This document shows, piece by piece, positions 7,814-16,104 of a stretch of 55,208 nt of DNA. The stretch is from IMG/VR virus record IMGVR_UViG_3300012944_000007. One strand, given 5' to 3'. The translations under genes were made by a program, and so were the position numbers. Numbering within the stretch: the stretch's first letter is position 1; each line of letters starts with the position of its first letter. The notes under the pieces were generated by a model that was not told where the DNA came from, did no database searches, and worked only from the letters and a program-made list of their open reading frames with translations. The stretch comes from a virus.

Positions 7814-8013
7814 TGGTTGATCCTTCCTGTTCCCGTGCACCGATGCTGTCTGAACTCGCGGGCGGAAAAGATGCCGCCGCAGGCCTCGCAGGTCTTTATC
7901 ACCTTCGGCCGGCCCGGGCCCGCGCCGAACGTTTTCCGCTTGGCGTTCCTGCGCCGCTGCACTTCGGAGAGCAGCGCGGCGTCAGGAATCAGAGTGAGAT
8001 CGGGGGGTTTCAT
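7810..8013 (-). CDS. Small basic protein with CEAC...C
   Basis: ATG at 8013 forms ATGA with the upstream stop. Confidence 0.55.
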   Translation of the reverse strand: MKPPDLTLIPDAALLSEVQRRRNAKRKTFGAGPGRPKVIKTCEACGGIFSAREFRQHRCTGTGRINQ

Positions 8014-8273
8014 AGCCGCCCCCCGTTGTTCTGCGCATCGACCGGGTAGCAGTAATACTTCCCGTCTTCGTAGTAGAACCCCGCCTCGCCAGGTGTGATC
8101 GGCGCGCTGAACTCGCGGCCATCGTCCATGAGCAACTGGGCGTTGGGATAGCTGTGCGGCGATTGGAACCGCACGTTCATCACCTCGCCCGCCACATGCA
8201 TGGACATGCAGACCTCAGAAGAGGGGATCTCCAGCCGCACCACATCGCCGGGTGCCACAAATCGTCTCGTCAT
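8010..8273 (-). CDS. Hypothetical protein (87 aa)
   Basis: ATG at 8273 preceded by GGGAGG. Confidence 0.6.
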   Translation of the reverse strand: MTRRFVAPGDVVRLEIPSSEVCMSMHVAGEVMNVRFQSPHSYPNAQLLMDDGREFSAPITPGEAGFYYEDGKYYCYPVDAQNNGGRL

Positions 8274-8275
8274 GG

Positions 8276-8515
8276 CTAATTGACCTCCCTCAGGTCCCAC
8301 TCCGCAACCTCCAGAAGGCGCACGATCCGATCCGCGTTTACTTCCCCGAACTGCCGAACCAGGACACAATATCTGGACTCGCCCTTCCGCCCGTTCTTGA
8401 TGCACCAAGCTGCGAGGTCAGCGTTAGTCCGGATGTTCTCCGCTTTGAGTAGATCCATGATTGAGAAGTTCTTTTTTTGCCTATCCTTACGTAGAAAAGG
8501 CTGTTTTGTTTTCAT
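8276..8515 (-). CDS. Hypothetical small protein, first gene of a leftward transcription unit
   Basis: ATG at 8515 lies 6 nt after a TAAAAT -10 element. Confidence 0.65.
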   Translation of the reverse strand: MKTKQPFLRKDRQKKNFSIMDLLKAENIRTNADLAAWCIKNGRKGESRYCVLVRQFGEVNADRIVRLLEVAEWDLREVN

Positions 8516-8521
8516 ATCCTT

Positions 8522-8550
8522 ATTTTAAAACAGCCAGGATGTTATGTGCA
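8522..8550 (-). promoter_or_regulatory. Sigma70-like promoter (sense TGCACA-17 nt-TAAAAT-6 nt-ATG), twin of 1873..1901
   Basis: The -35 is plus tgtgca at 8545-8550. The -10 is plus atttta at 8522-8527. The spacer sequence is conserved with the 1.9-kb copy. Confidence 0.6.
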
Positions 8551-8694
8551 GGTGCTCGGATGGGCTGGGTTGCAGCCTCATTTCCGGTCGAAAAAGAGGA
8601 ATTCTTTAACGGGAGCCGCTCAAATGTGCGGCGGCGGGACAATAGAGGGGTGCGCTAAACTGAAAGCCAATTTTCTTTTGGAAGAGCAAACTCC

Positions 8695-8722
8695 GCGCCC
8701 TCTAACTGGGGGCGCTTTTTTT
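8695..8722. terminator. Intrinsic terminator hairpin whose T-tract lies on the + strand; possibly bidirectional, ending minus gene 8725..9192
   Basis: gcgccc-tctaactgg-gggcgc followed by seven T on +. In the minus sense the A-tract precedes the stem and only ggagtttg follows. Confidence 0.6.
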
Positions 8723-8724
8723 GG

Positions 8725-9192
8725 TTACCGCCGCTTGGGCTGTTGGGCCGCTGCGCTGGGCGTGGGCGTGAAGGTGATGTCGCCGCCGACGGCTTCACCG
8801 GAAATTACGGTCACATCAATCGTTGCGGTGACCGGTTTGACGCCGGCGCCCAGGTCGGCGTCTGCGGTGGCGTGGATCTGCGCCGTGCCGATGGGGCCTG
8901 GCGCGAATAGATTGGCGATCTGCGGATTGCCGGTGGACGGGGTTACCTGCACCATGTCAGAAGCGGACGATTCCCATTTGGTGGGGCCGTCTACTTTGAC
9001 GATATTGCCGCCCGTGTCCTTCCATTCGACCGAGACGGATGCGCGGGCGCCGACTTGCATCGTAGCTTCCATGTGCTCTCCTTTGAAAACGAAATTGCCT
9101 ATCTGAAACGTGAAGACTGCGCCCCAGGATTCATCAGACCACGGCTTGTGAAGGACTACCAGGGGCGTGGAAAAGCCAATGTTGAGGGTCAT
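8725..9192 (-). CDS. Bacterial Ig-like (Big_2-type) domain protein; alternative start ATG 9072
   Basis: ...SVSVEWKDTGGNIVKVDGPTKWESSASDMVQVTPSTGN...ATIDVTVI resembles Ig-like group 2 domains. A strong AAAGGAG SD precedes ATG 9072, and none precedes ATG 9192. Confidence 0.6.
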   Translation of the reverse strand: MTLNIGFSTPLVVLHKPWSDESWGAVFTFQIGNFVFKGEHMEATMQVGARASVSVEWKDTGGNIVKVDGPTKWESSASDMVQVTPSTGNPQIANLFAPGPIGTAQIHATADADLGAGVKPVTATIDVTVISGEAVGGDITFTPTPSAAAQQPKRR

Positions 9193-9210
9193 AGGGCGAT
9201 TACCAATCTC

Positions 9211-10041
9211 TCACGAGGTGGGTTGCTGGAGCGTCGGGGTCGGGGTCGAACCGCCCTCTTCGGTGTGGAACACCGTTGTTTCAGCCGGAATACTACCGAC
9301 GCGCTGGCCGCGAACCATCGCGGCCCCCGCACGGTGAATTTCAGTGTAAGGGAGAATCGGAACTGTCAGCCGCGCACGGGCCGCGCGATTCGTGAAGTAA
9401 ATATATCGCAACTGGTATCCGGCGAGCGGCTGGAACCCCATCGCCTTGTAATGGTCCATGTCGGCGCCACCGTGATAGCTGGTGCGCGCCGCGGTGGCCT
9501 GAATCTTCTTCATGCTGGTCCGCTCCCCGACGTTACTGATTACCGTTCCATCCGGCCCGGCCCACAGCGTCGTGTTGCGCTTGATGCGCGTCAGCACGAA
9601 GCCGGCCGCGCGGTAGATGGTGCCGTCGCCGCACTGCGTGGCGTCCGCGAAAGAGACGATCCATTCGATCCACGGATACTGGCGGCGGATCAACCGCATG
9701 GCCACGCCCAGCGCGCGGCTCTCGGAATTGCGCGGCAGGTTTTCGCTGAAGGCCAGCCGGTTCAATTCCAGAAAGCCGTTCCATCTGGTGCCCTCCACCA
9801 GCCCCAGCAATTTGCGCCGGTCGAGCGAAGGGCCGAACTGCATGGCCCCTTCCAGGCGCGTGCCCAGGAACACGCCCAGGTGCAGCTGGGAGTTCACCAC
9901 CACCTTGTGCGAGTAGTGCAGTTTGCGGATCAGCGCGTTGCCGGCCTGGCTGCTGATCGCGGCCACGCGGATGTCTTTGGCGGTCGTCATTTCCCGGATC
10001 ATTTCTCCGAAAAAATGCACGCAACGCGCATGTTGCGCCAC
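9211..10041 (-). CDS. Mom-like/GNAT-fold DNA-modification enzyme (putative)
   Basis: Motifs HYSHK..LGVF..GAMQFG..LELNRLAF..PRNSESRALG..IVSFAD..GDGTIYRAAGF match my memory of the Mom-family adenine methylcarbamoylation proteins. The start is ambiguous (GTG 10041, ATG 10002 or ATG 9990). Confidence 0.5.
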   Translation of the reverse strand: MAQHARCVHFFGEMIREMTTAKDIRVAAISSQAGNALIRKLHYSHKVVVNSQLHLGVFLGTRLEGAMQFGPSLDRRKLLGLVEGTRWNGFLELNRLAFSENLPRNSESRALGVAMRLIRRQYPWIEWIVSFADATQCGDGTIYRAAGFVLTRIKRNTTLWAGPDGTVISNVGERTSMKKIQATAARTSYHGGADMDHYKAMGFQPLAGYQLRYIYFTNRAARARLTVPILPYTEIHRAGAAMVRGQRVGSIPAETTVFHTEEGGSTPTPTLQQPTS

Positions 10042-10150
10042 TAGGTGTGTTCACGGGGGTTAGCGCGCATCCCGTTCCTCTCTACACCAGAGTCCCCTAT
10101 AGGGACCCGCCGGAGCTTCACCGGCGTTTCCTAGTCGGTCACTTATTACT

Positions 10151-10366
10151 CTACCAACCGAATCGCTTCGCCCAATCGAATCGCCGAGCAAGGTCTTCAA
10201 CCCACCGAATCTCCTTCTCAGTCACCGGCTGAAACGAGATGTACTTGCACCCCTGTGGAATCACCTCGCCCTCGCGGAACGTGAAGCCGTGCGGTTCGAG
10301 ATAGGACCGCAGTTCTTCCTGCGTCCATTCGCGGTCGAGGGGAGGATCGGCAGGCCGGGGACTCAT
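10151..10366 (-). CDS. Hypothetical protein (71 aa)
   Basis: ATG at 10366 preceded by GAGGAG. Confidence 0.6.
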   Translation of the reverse strand: MSPRPADPPLDREWTQEELRSYLEPHGFTFREGEVIPQGCKYISFQPVTEKEIRWVEDLARRFDWAKRFGW

Positions 10367-10393
10367 GGAAGCTCCTCTGCTTGAGCGTACCGT

Positions 10394-10723
10394 TCATAGG
10401 CCTTTCAGGGAAACCACCACACAGGCCCCGCGGGTTTTGGCGAGTTCCGGCAGGAGTTCCTCTCTCGTGCACCACCAATAGGCCGCGCCGTTCGCCACCA
10501 GGAAATCGCCCTGCGGGTTTCGGATCCGCATCTGGCGGATCCTGGTCAGCGCGACCCCTTTGCGCCGCAGCTGCGCGACCAGCGCCGCCACCCGCAACTC
10601 GGCCTCGTCGAAGTCGCGGAAACCGCGCTCCCGCTGGCTGCATCGCAGGACGCCCGTCTCGCACCACCATTGCACCTTGCGCGGGGTCAGCCGGGATTGT
10701 TTGCAAAACTCTTTGGTGCTCAT
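10394..10723 (-). CDS. MerR-family HTH regulator
   Basis: MSTKEFCKQSRLTPRKVQWWCETGVLRCSQRERGFRDFDEAELRVAALVAQLRRKGVALTRIRQM fits the MerR HTH pattern. The ATG forms ATGA with the upstream stop. Confidence 0.65.
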   Translation of the reverse strand: MSTKEFCKQSRLTPRKVQWWCETGVLRCSQRERGFRDFDEAELRVAALVAQLRRKGVALTRIRQMRIRNPQGDFLVANGAAYWWCTREELLPELAKTRGACVVVSLKGL

Positions 10724-10899
10724 GCCTCGCCTTCCTGGTCTGACGGGAACGTAGCCAGCACGCCCTCTTCGGTCGGGTTCGCCAGCGGGCATCCTCGCGG
10801 ACAGGCCACTTTGCGAATGCGGATGACTTGCTTTTCGGCATCGGCAAACGTCGGGTAGGCGATCCAACCATCGTCTTGGCAAATGGCACAGCGAATCAT
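10720..10899 (-). CDS. 59-aa zinc-ribbon-like protein (MIRCAICQDD...ACPRGCP...), below the ORF-track length cutoff
   Basis: Hand translation. There are ATGA overlaps at both ends (10896-10899 and 10720-10723). Confidence 0.55.
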   Translation of the reverse strand: MIRCAICQDDGWIAYPTFADAEKQVIRIRKVACPRGCPLANPTEEGVLATFPSDQEGEA

Positions 10900-11087
10900 A
10901 GCTCCTCCGCGTAATAAGCGACTTGCTCGTAGGTGTACAGGTAGGCTACCCGCAAGCGAACCGGCGGCTTTCGCCAGCAGGGCCGCAGCGTCAGGGTCAC
11001 TTCAGCCGGCGGCTCCCAGCTGCCGTCCGGACGAGCTTCCGGCTGGACTTCAAAGGCCACGGCTCTGTCGAGAATTTCAGCGCGCAT
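10896..11087 (-). CDS. Hypothetical protein (63 aa)
   Basis: ATG at 11087 overlaps the upstream 3' end by 11 nt. Confidence 0.5.
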   Translation of the reverse strand: MRAEILDRAVAFEVQPEARPDGSWEPPAEVTLTLRPCWRKPPVRLRVAYLYTYEQVAYYAEEL

Positions 11088-11808
11088 CGTCGTGGAAGGA
11101 GTGGCAGTTGCCACAGTAGCGCTCGCGCACGTCGTTCGCGTTATGGCTGACCCTGCCGCATTTGGGACAGGCGATGCTCACCGCCGCTGCGTTTTTCATC
11201 TCGCTGGCGATGGCGTGCGCCAGCAGCGGGAGCCCTTCATCGGTCCAGGCTTCCGTTTCGAGATACCCGCGGTCGCTGATGCTGTGATACAGCAGCGATG
11301 CCGCATCGCCGTTGTCGAGGATCAAGCCGAGTTCGATCTCGAAGTTCATATTCGGATGCCAAGTTTGTCCAAGCGTATCCGCGACGAACACCTCCGCAGG
11401 AACCGAGACGCCGAACTGGGGAGCGTCGGCCTGATCGATTGATGGATCGAGAATCCAGCGGTCCTCCACCACCACGATCAGGTGACCGTTCCAGCTGCCT
11501 CCGTCCGGCGTTGCATCTACCCAATTTCCCGCTTTCGCTTTCATCTCCGCGCGCTCCTCTGCGGAGAATCCAGCCAGCCGCGCATAATTCCGCGCGGGCA
11601 CCTGAAAGACGTAACAGACCGGCTTCTCGACCGCGCGCAGGCGGTAGAGCCGCATGGTCTCGATGGTGGTCCGCGCCGCCGCGATACACGAGTTGGCACT
11701 CATAAACCGGCGCATGAAAGGCCGCGCGGTCTTAGCGAATGCTTGAACGATCGCCGCAGTGGCAAAGCTCCGGGAGGCGGACGCAGGGTACTCATTCTGT
11801 GATTGCAT
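11077..11808 (-). CDS. Hypothetical protein (243 aa) with a C-terminal CPKC...CGNC zinc ribbon
   Basis: ATG at 11808 lies in the conserved context gccATGCAATCACA, 5 nt after the upstream stop. Confidence 0.7.
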   Translation of the reverse strand: MQSQNEYPASASRSFATAAIVQAFAKTARPFMRRFMSANSCIAAARTTIETMRLYRLRAVEKPVCYVFQVPARNYARLAGFSAEERAEMKAKAGNWVDATPDGGSWNGHLIVVVEDRWILDPSIDQADAPQFGVSVPAEVFVADTLGQTWHPNMNFEIELGLILDNGDAASLLYHSISDRGYLETEAWTDEGLPLLAHAIASEMKNAAAVSIACPKCGRVSHNANDVRERYCGNCHSFHDDAR

Positions 11809-11813
11809 GGCCG

Positions 11814-12182
11814 CTATTTTACGCTCTCTCCCCGCGTCGGATATACCAGATGCGGCAGGCGCACTACCTGGACTCCGAGCCCCTCCAGCAGCGTCTCAAT
11901 CGTTGCAAGGGTGTCCGCAAAGGCGGGGTTGTGATCGTGGCCCAGAACCCAGCAGAGAGCCGAGACGAACTGGAAGGTCGCCTCGTCCTGGGTCTCGTAG
12001 CAGTATTGGCCCACCAGATCGTGCGCCCGCTGGATCTCGTCGAGAGTGCGCCGCAGCTGCGGCTCGTTGACAATCGTGCTCCTTAGTGTCCGCACTTCCG
12101 CGGCCAGCGCCCGCAGCACTGCCTCTTCACCCGGCCACGGCTGGCCGGGGAACAGTTCCGCCCAGATCAAGCGATCCGTCAT
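11814..12182 (-). CDS. Hypothetical protein (122 aa)
   Basis: ATG at 12182 forms ATGA with the upstream stop. Confidence 0.65.
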   Translation of the reverse strand: MTDRLIWAELFPGQPWPGEEAVLRALAAEVRTLRSTIVNEPQLRRTLDEIQRAHDLVGQYCYETQDEATFQFVSALCWVLGHDHNPAFADTLATIETLLEGLGVQVVRLPHLVYPTRGESVK

Positions 12183-12436
12183 CGAAACTCCCTTCTTTCG
12201 ATTTCCCGCCGAGTTGCGGCCTCGACCACGCGGCTATAATCGCGCGTAGTCTGTTGCGCGCGAATAGTGACCAGCCAAATCCACGACGACAGTGTCCAAA
12301 CTGCCGAGGCCGCCACGACAGCCCAGCTGTGCCGGTAGACATGGAAGCCCACAACGGCGAGGTTGAGCACGCCCGAAGTAAGTGCCGACCGCCGCGCGCT
12401 GCGCAGATCCGGGTCGTAGCTTGATGGCGACTGCAA
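12179..12436 (-). CDS. Small membrane protein (two hydrophobic helices)
   Basis: TTG at 12436 lies 7 nt after GGAGGAGGAG. The hydrophobic segments are VLNLAVVGFHVY and AVVAASAVWTLSSWIWLV. Confidence 0.55.
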   Translation of the reverse strand: MQSPSSYDPDLRSARRSALTSGVLNLAVVGFHVYRHSWAVVAASAVWTLSSWIWLVTIRAQQTTRDYSRVVEAATRREIERREFR

Positions 12437-12437
12437 G

Positions 12438-13067
12438 TTAGTTCTCCTCCTCCAGGTACGCTGCGCAGATCCGCGCCAGGGCGTTGCCGTTTACGTTGTC
12501 GTTATGAGTGCCAACGAACGGCCCGCGCTGCTTGGCGGCGGTCACCGCGGCCTGCACGATTTTCACCTGCTCGTCGTGCAGCAGGAAGGTGATCTGCTGG
12601 TAGGGCGCCCGGTCGCCTTCCGGCAGCACTGGATACCCGGCCTCGGCCACCTCCCGCATCAGCCCGTCCAATTCGCTGGCGTCGAAGCCGATCACCGGCA
12701 TGTCGAATCCCGCGTCCCGCAACTCGAGCAGCTCCACTCCCAGTAATTCCTCGTTCCATCCCGCGTTCATGGCCAGCTTGTTATCGGCCAGCACGTAGGC
12801 CCGCTTCTTGGCGTCCGACCAGCCGCGCGCGATCATCACCGGCGCTTCGGCATACTGGTTCAGCTCGGCCGCCATCACACGCGCGTGGCCCGCAATAATT
12901 CCGCCGGCCTCGTCGGCCAGCACTGGAATCGTCCAGCCCCATTCCCGCATCGAGGCCGCGATCTGCTTGACCTGGTCTGGAGTATGTGTCCTCGCATTCC
13001 GCGCGTAGGGGATCAGCCGCGCCAGCGGCCACCGCTCCACGCTGTCAGCTGGCCAAAGTTGCTCCAC
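12438..13067 (-). CDS. ParB N-terminal-domain (ParB/Srx-like nuclease) protein
   Basis: ...LIPYARNARTHTPDQVKQIAASMREWGWTIPVLADEAGGIIAGHARVMAA... is typical of phage ParB-like nuclease domains. The start is GTG. Confidence 0.6.
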   Translation of the reverse strand: MEQLWPADSVERWPLARLIPYARNARTHTPDQVKQIAASMREWGWTIPVLADEAGGIIAGHARVMAAELNQYAEAPVMIARGWSDAKKRAYVLADNKLAMNAGWNEELLGVELLELRDAGFDMPVIGFDASELDGLMREVAEAGYPVLPEGDRAPYQQITFLLHDEQVKIVQAAVTAAKQRGPFVGTHNDNVNGNALARICAAYLEEEN

Positions 13068-13069
13068 TT

Positions 13070-13480
13070 TTATCGCCCCTTTCGGACGGGCTTCAGCTTC
13101 TTGCTGGCTGCTACTGTCCGAATCTTACGGTCGAGGACCGGGTCCGCTGTGACCGGCTCGCCGCGACGCGCAGCGCGGCCTGGCTCGGGCTCTTTTCGTT
13201 CAGTTGGGAAGCCCTCTGGGTAAATCTCGCTGTAACTTTCGAGGCCGTCCCTCGGTTTGTACCGCGAACAGTAGAGCGCGCGGATTTCCGCCACGCCAGG
13301 CCAGCGTGCAAACATGCGCATCGCCCGGCTACCCAGCCACTCCATCTGCTCGTCGGTTTCAACCATCTCTATGAAAATGGCGACCAGCCCCGCGCGGACC
13401 TCGGGGTCGCTAGGAAAGAAAGCCATCAACGCGAGCTTGCCGACGACAGCGGCGGCGGTTTCAGGAGTCAACGCTTTCAT
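13070..13480 (-). CDS. Hypothetical protein (136 aa)
   Basis: ATG at 13480 forms ATGA with the upstream stop. Confidence 0.6.
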   Translation of the reverse strand: MKALTPETAAAVVGKLALMAFFPSDPEVRAGLVAIFIEMVETDEQMEWLGSRAMRMFARWPGVAEIRALYCSRYKPRDGLESYSEIYPEGFPTERKEPEPGRAARRGEPVTADPVLDRKIRTVAASKKLKPVRKGR

Positions 13481-14334
13481 AAATGCCTCAATAGGGGAAA
13501 GTGCAAATCCTCGCGGTGGGCTTGCAATGATTTCTGATAGGAGTGGAAATCGTCCTGGCACTTCTGCCGTTCTTCGGCGGCGTTGACCTCCTTATTGCAG
13601 CGCGAACACAATGGCCACGTTTCTGTGAGGGCATTTTTCCAAGGGGCGAAATTGTGATCGATCTCAAACTCGGCGGTCGGCACTCCGTCCTGATCTACGA
13701 TGACGGTGCGCTTGCAGCGCGGGCAGATTCCGGCGTGCCGTCTCCATAAGCAATCGATATGGAGCAGTTTGTCGGCTTGGTCAATCGGCTTCCATCTGTA
13801 CTTCTGACGGCTTTCCCGGATCTCGCGCTTGATATCGTCTGCCTCCGTGCGGACGATCTGTTTTACCTCTTGGACGTCACCGCGCAAGGCACGAACGTCA
13901 TTCTGCATAGGCTCGATCTCCTGGCGCACCATGCGCTGGAGCGGCACCCAAATTTGACGGGCCTGAGTATCGAGAACTGACATTTCCAAGGACGGCTCGA
14001 CGGCAACCAGCTTACTTTTCCTGTACTGGTCGAAGGCTTCCACGAGAGCGATGCGAACCTGATCGGCGTTGGCCGTCTCCGCATAGGTACAGAGAAGCAG
14101 GCACTGTTTAACTGTGAGCCAATTCTCTGAGGCTGGGCGGCCCCCAAGATCCCCGGAGGTTATTCCCACCGTGTGAATAACTCCGACTTTTTCTAGTTGC
14201 GTTCGATGCCTGTTGATCGTCTGCCGAATCTTGCGAGGGTCAGCATAGCCAAGCCACTCAGCTAGATCCGTGTCGCGCACGCGATCATCATCTTGATAGG
14301 TCTTTATGTGCTGCACTATCAGGCTGGCAGACAT
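13477..14334 (-). CDS. HNH-endonuclease-domain protein with an N-terminal DNA-binding-like region and a central coiled coil
   Basis: The C-terminus reads CPRCKRTV...EFEIDHNFAPWKNALTETWPLCSRCNKE, an HNH/zinc-finger pattern. Confidence 0.6.
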   Translation of the reverse strand: MSASLIVQHIKTYQDDDRVRDTDLAEWLGYADPRKIRQTINRHRTQLEKVGVIHTVGITSGDLGGRPASENWLTVKQCLLLCTYAETANADQVRIALVEAFDQYRKSKLVAVEPSLEMSVLDTQARQIWVPLQRMVRQEIEPMQNDVRALRGDVQEVKQIVRTEADDIKREIRESRQKYRWKPIDQADKLLHIDCLWRRHAGICPRCKRTVIVDQDGVPTAEFEIDHNFAPWKNALTETWPLCSRCNKEVNAAEERQKCQDDFHSYQKSLQAHREDLHFPLLRHL

Positions 14335-14850
14335 TCACCTTCCTGCCTTTCTTCGCTCTTCGCGGTAGAACGCTTCCAGCGTTGCGCTCTGCACCGATTT
14401 ACGGCGCGGCAGCGGGGCGTGGAGAGGTTTTGGATTAGGAGGAGACGCGGCGGGAGCGCGCCGTTTTTGCGCGCGTAAGCCGCTAGGTTCACCTAAGTAA
14501 GGTTCATATAAAGGATACGGAGGTTCCGAAGTGACATTTTGGCACTCTGCAGAGTGACTATTTGTCACTTGGGAAGTGACATTTTGGCACTTCGGGAACT
14601 CGTACCGATTGCCCCGCTGGGTCCGTTGCACCTGGATCAGCCCAGCCGTCTTTAACTCCGCCAAGGCGCGAATTACGGTGCGGCGGCAAACGCCGATTTC
14701 CTCCGCCAGAGTCGCTTCATGGGGATTACACTGCCCCGTGTTTTTGTTCCAGTGATCCGCGAGGACCGCCAGAAGTAACTTGGCTGTAGCGGAAATTCTC
14801 TTGTCCGCCAGGACCGCTTTGGCTACAATCAAAAAAGAGTTACGTTCCAT
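14335..14850 (-). CDS. Winged-HTH replication-initiator-like protein (lambda O / DnaD-N-type)
   Basis: ATG at 14850 preceded by AAGGAG. The sequence ...ISATAKLLLAVLADHWNKNTGQCNPHEATLAEEIGVCRRTVIRALAELKTAGLIQVQR is wHTH-like. The gene contains iterons. Confidence 0.6.
   Translation of the reverse strand: MERNSFLIVAKAVLADKRISATAKLLLAVLADHWNKNTGQCNPHEATLAEEIGVCRRTVIRALAELKTAGLIQVQRTQRGNRYEFPKCQNVTSQVTNSHSAECQNVTSEPPYPLYEPYLGEPSGLRAQKRRAPAASPPNPKPLHAPLPRRKSVQSATLEAFYREERRKAGR
14528..14590. repeat. Iteron array inside the initiator gene: three GTGAC-N5-GKCAC sites (candidate ori)
   Basis: The sites are gtgacattttggcac 14531-14545, gtgactatttgtcac 14554-14568 and gtgacattttggcac 14576-14590, spaced 23 and 22 bp apart. 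The outer 18-mers gaagtgacattttggcac are identical. Confidence 0.6.
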
Positions 14851-14951
14851 CGAGTTCGCTCCTTGGAACCGTGTTCCATGTCGGGGACCTTCTCCAGCTG
14901 GGACCAATGTGATTGCAGTGGGGGCACGCGGATAACGTGCCCCTTTATTTT

Positions 14952-15314
14952 TTAGGGCGGGTGTTCGTGCCTCGCCAGCCAATTGCAGAACTCTTCCACT
15001 CCCTCCGCAACCACCACCGGCAGTCGGTATTGCTGCCGGATCGCCGCGATCTGGGTCTCCTGGTCGGGGTTCAGCTTTCCGCCAGGACGCTTGACCTCCA
15101 ACAGAAAATTGCGGTGGAACTCATGCAGGCAGGCGTAATCGGGCGTGCCTTTCGGAACACCGTGAACATGCCGCGCCCCATCCAGCGTCTTGTAAACCCC
15201 GGCATGCAGGCGAATCACTAAATAGCTGTGCAGCGCCAGGACAGTCTTACACCCAGCCTCTATGTCGTCCTCGGAAATCGGCGGCGGGGTCAGCCGGAAC
15301 GGCCGCTTCGCCAT
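14952..15314 (-). CDS. VRR-NUC domain nuclease
   Basis: ...GTPDYACLHEFHRNFLLEVKRPGGKLNPDQETQIAAIRQQYRLPVVV fits the PD-(D/E)xK VRR-NUC motif. The ATG overlaps the upstream TGA. Confidence 0.65.
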   Translation of the reverse strand: MAKRPFRLTPPPISEDDIEAGCKTVLALHSYLVIRLHAGVYKTLDGARHVHGVPKGTPDYACLHEFHRNFLLEVKRPGGKLNPDQETQIAAIRQQYRLPVVVAEGVEEFCNWLARHEHPP

Positions 15315-15526
15315 CACTCGCCCTCCAACCGCTTCAGGAACGCGCGGATCGCTGCTGGTCCTACCGGCGCAACGGTGGCGATATTGGCCGCATCCAGCTG
15401 GTCCAGGAAGTCCGCCGGACAGCCGGCGGTTTGCCGCATGTGCTGGCGGCAGGTTCTGCAGGTGAGGTTGCCGTGGGACACGGCGCCGCAGTCTGGACAG
15501 ACGCCGTAGCCGAGGGCCGGATTCAT
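15314..15526 (-). CDS. Zinc-ribbon protein (CPDC...CRTC)
   Basis: ATG at 15526 forms ATGA with the upstream stop. Confidence 0.6.
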   Translation of the reverse strand: MNPALGYGVCPDCGAVSHGNLTCRTCRQHMRQTAGCPADFLDQLDAANIATVAPVGPAAIRAFLKRLEGE

Positions 15527-15900
15527 TCGCCTGGTGCCTCCGGGCCCGGGGCGATGAAGCCGAAGCCCGACTGCATTTCATTCACCGTCATGGCCTCTTC
15601 GCGGACCATCTCGTTAGTATCGAGGCGGATGATCCGTTTCATACCCGGCCGCGGCGTCTCTAGGATGGCGAGACATTCGACCTCGCGCATTTCGTAGCCG
15701 TTATTGATTTTGGTGGTCAGTTCCACAACGCGGGACTTGGCGCTTTTGATTGCCGCCGCCAGCGCCGCTACCGTGTTCGCTTTCTGATCCTCAAGGTTGA
15801 AACAGTTTTGATTTTCGTGAGCCAGGCTCTCGCCCAGCTCCCGCATCTCCGTCGGCCCGAAGGTGTATTTGATCGCTTCATACAACCGCTTCTCTGCCAT
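15523..15900 (-). CDS. Hypothetical protein (125 aa)
   Basis: ATG at 15900 directly abuts the upstream stop. Confidence 0.65.
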   Translation of the reverse strand: MAEKRLYEAIKYTFGPTEMRELGESLAHENQNCFNLEDQKANTVAALAAAIKSAKSRVVELTTKINNGYEMREVECLAILETPRPGMKRIIRLDTNEMVREEAMTVNEMQSGFGFIAPGPEAPGE

Positions 15901-16104
15901 TCACTTCTCCTTTGCTGCCAGCTTTTGGACCGCTTCCCAGAAGGCACGGGCTGCTTCGTCAATCGTGAAATCGGGGTTGACGATTACTTTGCCGTCGCGC
16001 GTTATCCGCACGATCGCGCGCCCGTCATTAGCGCAAATAGTCAGGTTCTGCTCGGAACGGTGCCACCCCAGATACGCGACCGTCAAGCGTTTAGGTTTAT
16101 CCAT
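15901..16104 (-). CDS. Hypothetical protein (67 aa)
   Basis: ATG at 16104, with an 8-nt overlap with the upstream gene. Confidence 0.55.
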   Translation of the reverse strand: MDKPKRLTVAYLGWHRSEQNLTICANDGRAIVRITRDGKVIVNPDFTIDEAARAFWEAVQKLAAKEK

